A DNA stretch of 13,369 nt from Candidatus Eiseniibacteriota bacterium (GTDB lineage: Bacteria; Eisenbacteria; RBG-16-71-46; CAZEPH01): the NCBI GenBank assembly GCA_044229145.1, contig JBGATO010000088.1, forward strand, positions 1 through 13,369. The letters are read 5' to 3'. Both the position numbers and the translations under genes were made by a program. This document shows positions 9,146 to 13,369 of the stretch, one piece after another. Positions within the stretch are counted from its first letter, which is position 1. The number at the start of each line of letters is the position of its first letter. The notes beneath the pieces were generated by a model. That model was not told where the DNA came from. It did not search any database and saw only the letters and a program-made list of their open reading frames with translations.

Positions 9146-11824
9146 ATGGCGCTGACGACCGGCACGAAGCTCGGGCCTTACGAAATCGTCGCGCCTTTGG
9201 GCGCCGGCGGCATGGGCGAAGTCTATCGCGCGAAGGACACGCGGCTCGGCCGCGAGGTGGCGGTCAAGGTCTTGCCGCAGCATCTCAGCGCGAATCCCGA
9301 ACTGCGCGCGCGCTTCGAGCGTGAGGCGAAGACGATCTCGGCGCTCAATCATCCCAATATCTGCACGCTGTTCGATGTGGGGTGCGAAGGCGACACCGAC
9401 TACCTCGTCATGGAACTCGTCGACGGCGAAACGTTGGCGCAGCGGTTGACGCGCGGCGCGCTGCCGCTGACCGAGACTCTGCGCGTCGGCGCGCAGATCG
9501 CCGAAGCGCTCGACCGCGCGCATCGTGCCGGCGTCGTGCATCGCGATCTCACACCCGGCAACGTGATGCTCACAAAGGCCGGCGCGAAGCTGATGGACTT
9601 CGGCCTTGCGCGCGCCACCGACTCGACCGGCCCCGCGAGCGCGAGCGGCGTGACGATGGCCGCACTCACGCAGACTGCGCCGGGCGCCTCGCCGCTCACC
9701 GCGCAAGGCACGCTCGTCGACACGTTCCAGTACATGGCGCCGGAGCAACTCGAAGGTGGCGACGCCGACGCGCGCAGCGACCTGTGGGCGCTCGGCTGCG
9801 TGCTCTACGAAATGGCGAGCGGACGTCGCGCGTTCGAAGGCAAGAGCCAGGCATCGCTGATCACGGCGATCATGGGCAGCGAGCCGGCGCCGCTGTCGCA
9901 AGTCGCGCCACTCACACCGCCGGCGCTCGACCGCGTGGTGCGCGCGTGTCTCGCCAAGGATCCCGACGATCGCGTCCGCACCGCGCACGACGTCAAGCTG
10001 CGCCTGCGCGATCTCGCCGACGGCGGCGACGCGATGACGACGACGAGCACGCTCGCGCCGTTGCCGGCGCCGCGCCGCTCGATGCCCTCGCGCGCGATGT
10101 GGGCGGTGGTCGCCGCCTCGCTGGCACTCGCCGCCGTCTCGCTGACGGTCGCCCTGCGCGCCTCGCGTGGCCACGCCAACGACGCCGTTCTCGCGGACAT
10201 CACATCGCCCACGGGCAAGCCGATCTCGCCGAACTGGTCGAGTTCGGCGATTTCGCCCGACGGCAAGTTCATCGTCTACAAGTCGCGCAGCCTCACCGAC
10301 AACGGGCAGAATGCATCGCTCATGCTGCGCCGTCTCGATGCACCCGGGGCGACACCGATCGCCGGCACCGAGAATGGCGCGGAGCCGTTTTGGTCGGCCG
10401 ACAGCCGGAGCCTCGGATTCTTCGACACACTCGACGACAAGTTGAAAACGGTCAGTCTCGATGGCGGATCGCCGGTCGCGCTGTGTGCGGTGCCGGTGGG
10501 GCGCGGCGGGACATGGAACGCACACGGCGATATCGTGTTCGCGCCGAACATGCAATCGGCGCTCTATCGCATTTCTGCCGGCGGCGGCGAGCCGGAACAA
10601 GTCAGCTGGCCCGACAGCGCGCACGGCGAGTCCGCGCACCGCTTCCCGTATTTCCTGCCCGACGGCGATCACTTCCTCTACGTCGCGCTGCCGCCCGGCC
10701 CCGAAGGCTTCGATGTCTACGTCGGCTCGCTGCACTCCCGCAAGCGCGTCAAAATCCTGACCGCGAACTCGAGCGCGATTTACGCCGAGCCGGGCTATCT
10801 GATCTTTGGGCGCAGCGGCCACATCATGGCGCAGCGCTTCGATGCGCGCAGTCTCAAGCTCTCCGGCTTGCCCGTGCCGCTGGCCGACATGCCCGCGGCG
10901 ACGGACCTCGATGCCGATCGCGTCGCCACCGCCTCGCGCGATGGCCGCCTGCTGTTCCTCCTCAGTCCGCCGGTGAACACGCACTTCGAGTGGATGGATG
11001 CGCAGGGACAGCTCAGTGGCCCGTTGCCGATTCCCGCCGGGCCCTGGACGTCGGTGCAACTCTCCCCGGACGCGCGCTTCGCCGCCGCGCAAAACGGCGA
11101 CGATCTCTGGCGCCTCGACTTACAACGCGGCCTGGCGACGCGCCTGACCAGCAACGGTGGCACGAACCGCTTGCCCGTGTGGTCGCCCGACGGCTCGCGC
11201 ATCGCCTTCGAGATGACGCGCAAGGGACGCGACCAAATCATGTCGATGGCCTCCGACGGCTCGGGCGAGGCGACGCCAATGCCCGCCGCCGACGCACTGT
11301 TCCTGCATCCCACCGACTGGTGCGCCGCCGGTCTCGTGTACGAAGGAATCACCGGAGCGACAGGTCGCGACCTGTTCTTGATTCCCGCCGGCGGCGGTCC
11401 GATCGTCCCCATCGCGCGCGATCGCTTCAGCACCTTCAACGCCAACGTCTCGCCGGACGGCAAGTGGATCGCCTACATCTGCAACGAGGGCGGACCGGAC
11501 GATGCCTACGTGCAGTCGTTCCCTGTGCCCGGGCCGCGGGTCCGCGTCTCGCGCAACGGGGCCGTGGGACTCGGGTGGATCGGCGACGGCTTGCTGCTCC
11601 GTGTCCTGTCGCCCGACCGCAGCCTGGTGGCGATTCCGCTGACACCACGCGGCAACACGGTCGATGTCGGCGAGCCGGTCAAGCTGCGGCCGTTCCCGAA
11701 CGGCGCCGTCGGCGGCAGCACGTCGCGTGACGGATCCCGGCGTCTGGCGATTCTGCCGAATGCGGATGCCGCGCCGCGGTCTCTCCGCTTGATCCTCAAC
11801 TGGCCCGCGCTGGTGAAGAAATGA
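9146..11824 (+). CDS. Gene 5: receptor-like Ser/Thr kinase-family protein with degenerate catalytic motifs (candidate pseudokinase) - TM - PD40 beta-propeller, 892 aa
   Basis: ATG directly abuts the gene 4 TAG. Kinase motifs are present but read HRDLTPGN and LVDTFQYMAPE. TM AMWAVVAASLALAAVSLTVAL (~10094-10156); SPDG repeats; C-terminus RLILNWPALVKK. Confidence 0.93.
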   Translation: MALTTGTKLGPYEIVAPLGAGGMGEVYRAKDTRLGREVAVKVLPQHLSANPELRARFEREAKTISALNHPNICTLFDVGCEGDTDYLVMELVDGETLAQRLTRGALPLTETLRVGAQIAEALDRAHRAGVVHRDLTPGNVMLTKAGAKLMDFGLARATDSTGPASASGVTMAALTQTAPGASPLTAQGTLVDTFQYMAPEQLEGGDADARSDLWALGCVLYEMASGRRAFEGKSQASLITAIMGSEPAPLSQVAPLTPPALDRVVRACLAKDPDDRVRTAHDVKLRLRDLADGGDAMTTTSTLAPLPAPRRSMPSRAMWAVVAASLALAAVSLTVALRASRGHANDAVLADITSPTGKPISPNWSSSAISPDGKFIVYKSRSLTDNGQNASLMLRRLDAPGATPIAGTENGAEPFWSADSRSLGFFDTLDDKLKTVSLDGGSPVALCAVPVGRGGTWNAHGDIVFAPNMQSALYRISAGGGEPEQVSWPDSAHGESAHRFPYFLPDGDHFLYVALPPGPEGFDVYVGSLHSRKRVKILTANSSAIYAEPGYLIFGRSGHIMAQRFDARSLKLSGLPVPLADMPAATDLDADRVATASRDGRLLFLLSPPVNTHFEWMDAQGQLSGPLPIPAGPWTSVQLSPDARFAAAQNGDDLWRLDLQRGLATRLTSNGGTNRLPVWSPDGSRIAFEMTRKGRDQIMSMASDGSGEATPMPAADALFLHPTDWCAAGLVYEGITGATGRDLFLIPAGGGPIVPIARDRFSTFNANVSPDGKWIAYICNEGGPDDAYVQSFPVPGPRVRVSRNGAVGLGWIGDGLLLRVLSPDRSLVAIPLTPRGNTVDVGEPVKLRPFPNGAVGGSTSRDGSRRLAILPNADAAPRSLRLILNWPALVKK

Positions 11825-13369
11825 CGCTGACTGCTGGAACGCGCCTCGGCGCCTACGAGATCGTCGCGCCGCTCGGCGCCGGCGGGATGGGCGAGGTGTT
11901 CCGCGCCCGCGACACGCGGCTCGGCCGCGAGGTGGCGATCAAGGTGCTGCCCGCGCATCTGTCCTCGCACGCCGAGGCGCGCGCCCGCTTCGAGCGCGAG
12001 GCGAAGACCGTCTCGTCGCTCAATCATCCGCACATCTGCACGCTGCACGACATCGGCCGCGAAGGCGACATCGACTATCTGGTGATGGAGTTGATCGACG
12101 GCGAGACGTTGGCCGATCGCCTCGCGCGCGGTGCGTTGCCGGTGGCAGAGCTGTTGCGTCTCGGCGCGCAAATCGCCGATGCGCTCGACTGGGCGCATCG
12201 CGCCGGCGTCGTCCACCGCGATCTCAAACCCGGCAACGTGATGCTCACGCGCGCCGGCGCCAAGCTGATGGACTTCGGCCTCGCGCGCGCCAGCGAAAAC
12301 GCCGGGCCGGTCAGCGCCAGCGGCGTCACGATGGCCGCGCTCACCCAGACCGCGCCTCATGCCTCGCCGCTCACCGCCGAAGGAACGCTGGTCGGCACCT
12401 TCCAATACATGGCGCCCGAGCAGCTCGAAGGCAAGGAAGCCGACGCGCGCAGCGACATCTGGGCGCTCGGCTGCGTGCTCTACGAAATGGCCACGGGGCA
12501 GCGCGCCTTCTCCGGTCGGAGCCAGGCATCGCTCATCTCCTCCATCATGAAGGGTGAGCTGCCCGCGGTCTCCGCGCTCGTACCCACCACACCGCCATCC
12601 TTCGAGCGTCTGCTCCACGCCTGCCTGACCAAGGAGGCCGACGAGCGCGTGCAGATGGCGCACGACATCAAGCTCCAACTCGAGTGGATCCGCGAGGCGG
12701 GTTCGCAGGCGGGTCCCGCACCACCCCTTGTCGGTCGACGCCGGAGTCGAGAGCCGTTGGCGTGGGCCCTGGCCGCCCTCGCGCTGGCGATCGCCGCCTT
12801 CACTCTGTTGAGCCCAATTGCACGACCAAGACGAGGCGAACCGATCTGCGCCACGCTGACTCCTCCCGACGCCACGAGATTGTCGGCGTTCTGGTCGGCG
12901 ATCGGCGTGTCGCCGGATGGCCAAATGGTCGCCTTCTCCGCGCTCGACTCGTCGGGGACCGGCGGCATCTGGGTGCGATCGCTCCGCTCCGAGACAGCGC
13001 GGCTTCTGCCCGGTACGACGGCAGTGGGGAGCCTCTTCTGGGCGCCGGACAGTCGCGCGCTGGCCTTCTTCGATGGCATCCAGGGAAAGCTGATGAGGAC
13101 CACTCCGGACGGTGGTGACCCTGTGACCCTTTGCGCCGCCAAGAACGCGCGCGGCGGTGCGTGGAATCGAGATGGCGTCGTGATCTTCGCGCCGGAGGCG
13201 GAGGGGCCACTGCTGCGCGTTTCCTCGCGCGGAGGCGACCCGGTGCCGGCCACCACGCTCGACTCGAGTCGGCACGAGACCGGGCACCGCTTTCCCTGCT
13301 TCCTGCCGGACGGCGATCACTTCCTCTTTGTGTCGCTGCCCGGTGGACCGCAGGGAGTGGACACCTGGG
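11821..13369 (+). CDS. Gene 6 (3'-truncated by window): receptor-like Ser/Thr kinase (kinase - TM - PD40 beta-propeller)
   Basis: Absent from the ORF track because it runs off the window. Manual translation from ATG 11821 (ATGA overlap with the gene 5 stop) gives MTLTAGTRLGAYEIVAPLGAGGMGEVF...HRDLKPGN...DFG...GTFQYMAPE...RRRSREP-LAWALAALALAIAAFTLL (TM ~12757-12810)...VSPDGQMVAF...HRFPCFLPDGDHFLF, with no stop seen to 13369. Confidence 0.93.
   Translation, partial: MTLTAGTRLGAYEIVAPLGAGGMGEVFRARDTRLGREVAIKVLPAHLSSHAEARARFEREAKTVSSLNHPHICTLHDIGREGDIDYLVMELIDGETLADRLARGALPVAELLRLGAQIADALDWAHRAGVVHRDLKPGNVMLTRAGAKLMDFGLARASENAGPVSASGVTMAALTQTAPHASPLTAEGTLVGTFQYMAPEQLEGKEADARSDIWALGCVLYEMATGQRAFSGRSQASLISSIMKGELPAVSALVPTTPPSFERLLHACLTKEADERVQMAHDIKLQLEWIREAGSQAGPAPPLVGRRRSREPLAWALAALALAIAAFTLLSPIARPRRGEPICATLTPPDATRLSAFWSAIGVSPDGQMVAFSALDSSGTGGIWVRSLRSETARLLPGTTAVGSLFWAPDSRALAFFDGIQGKLMRTTPDGGDPVTLCAAKNARGGAWNRDGVVIFAPEAEGPLLRVSSRGGDPVPATTLDSSRHETGHRFPCFLPDGDHFLFVSLPGGPQGVDTW

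Overview
GC-rich bacterial DNA made almost entirely of a head-to-tail (+ strand) tandem array of at least six paralogous Hanks-type Ser/Thr kinase genes; the first and last are cut by the window edges. Four genes (2, 4, 5, 6) have a receptor-like layout: N-terminal kinase, one TM helix, then a TolB/PD40-like beta-propeller. Gene 1 shows only a matching propeller. Gene 3 (4147..6447) is a soluble kinase + TolB_N-like (LAVLPF) + TPR protein. Three of the five junctions are tightly coupled (two ATGA overlaps and one TAG-ATG abutment); the two short intergenic gaps carry promoter-like motifs. The main points of interest are: near-constant kinase domains joined to highly variable sensor domains; patchwork (gene-conversion-like) identity among the kinase copies; a kinase/sensor swap in gene 5; and gene 5 being a candidate pseudokinase (HRDLTPGN, DTFQYMAPE) with a unique Thr-rich juxtamembrane linker. 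No RNA genes, mobile elements or CRISPR arrays were seen. The gene family recalls the expanded kinases of Acidobacteriota-like high-GC lineages, but the taxon cannot be assigned from sequence alone.
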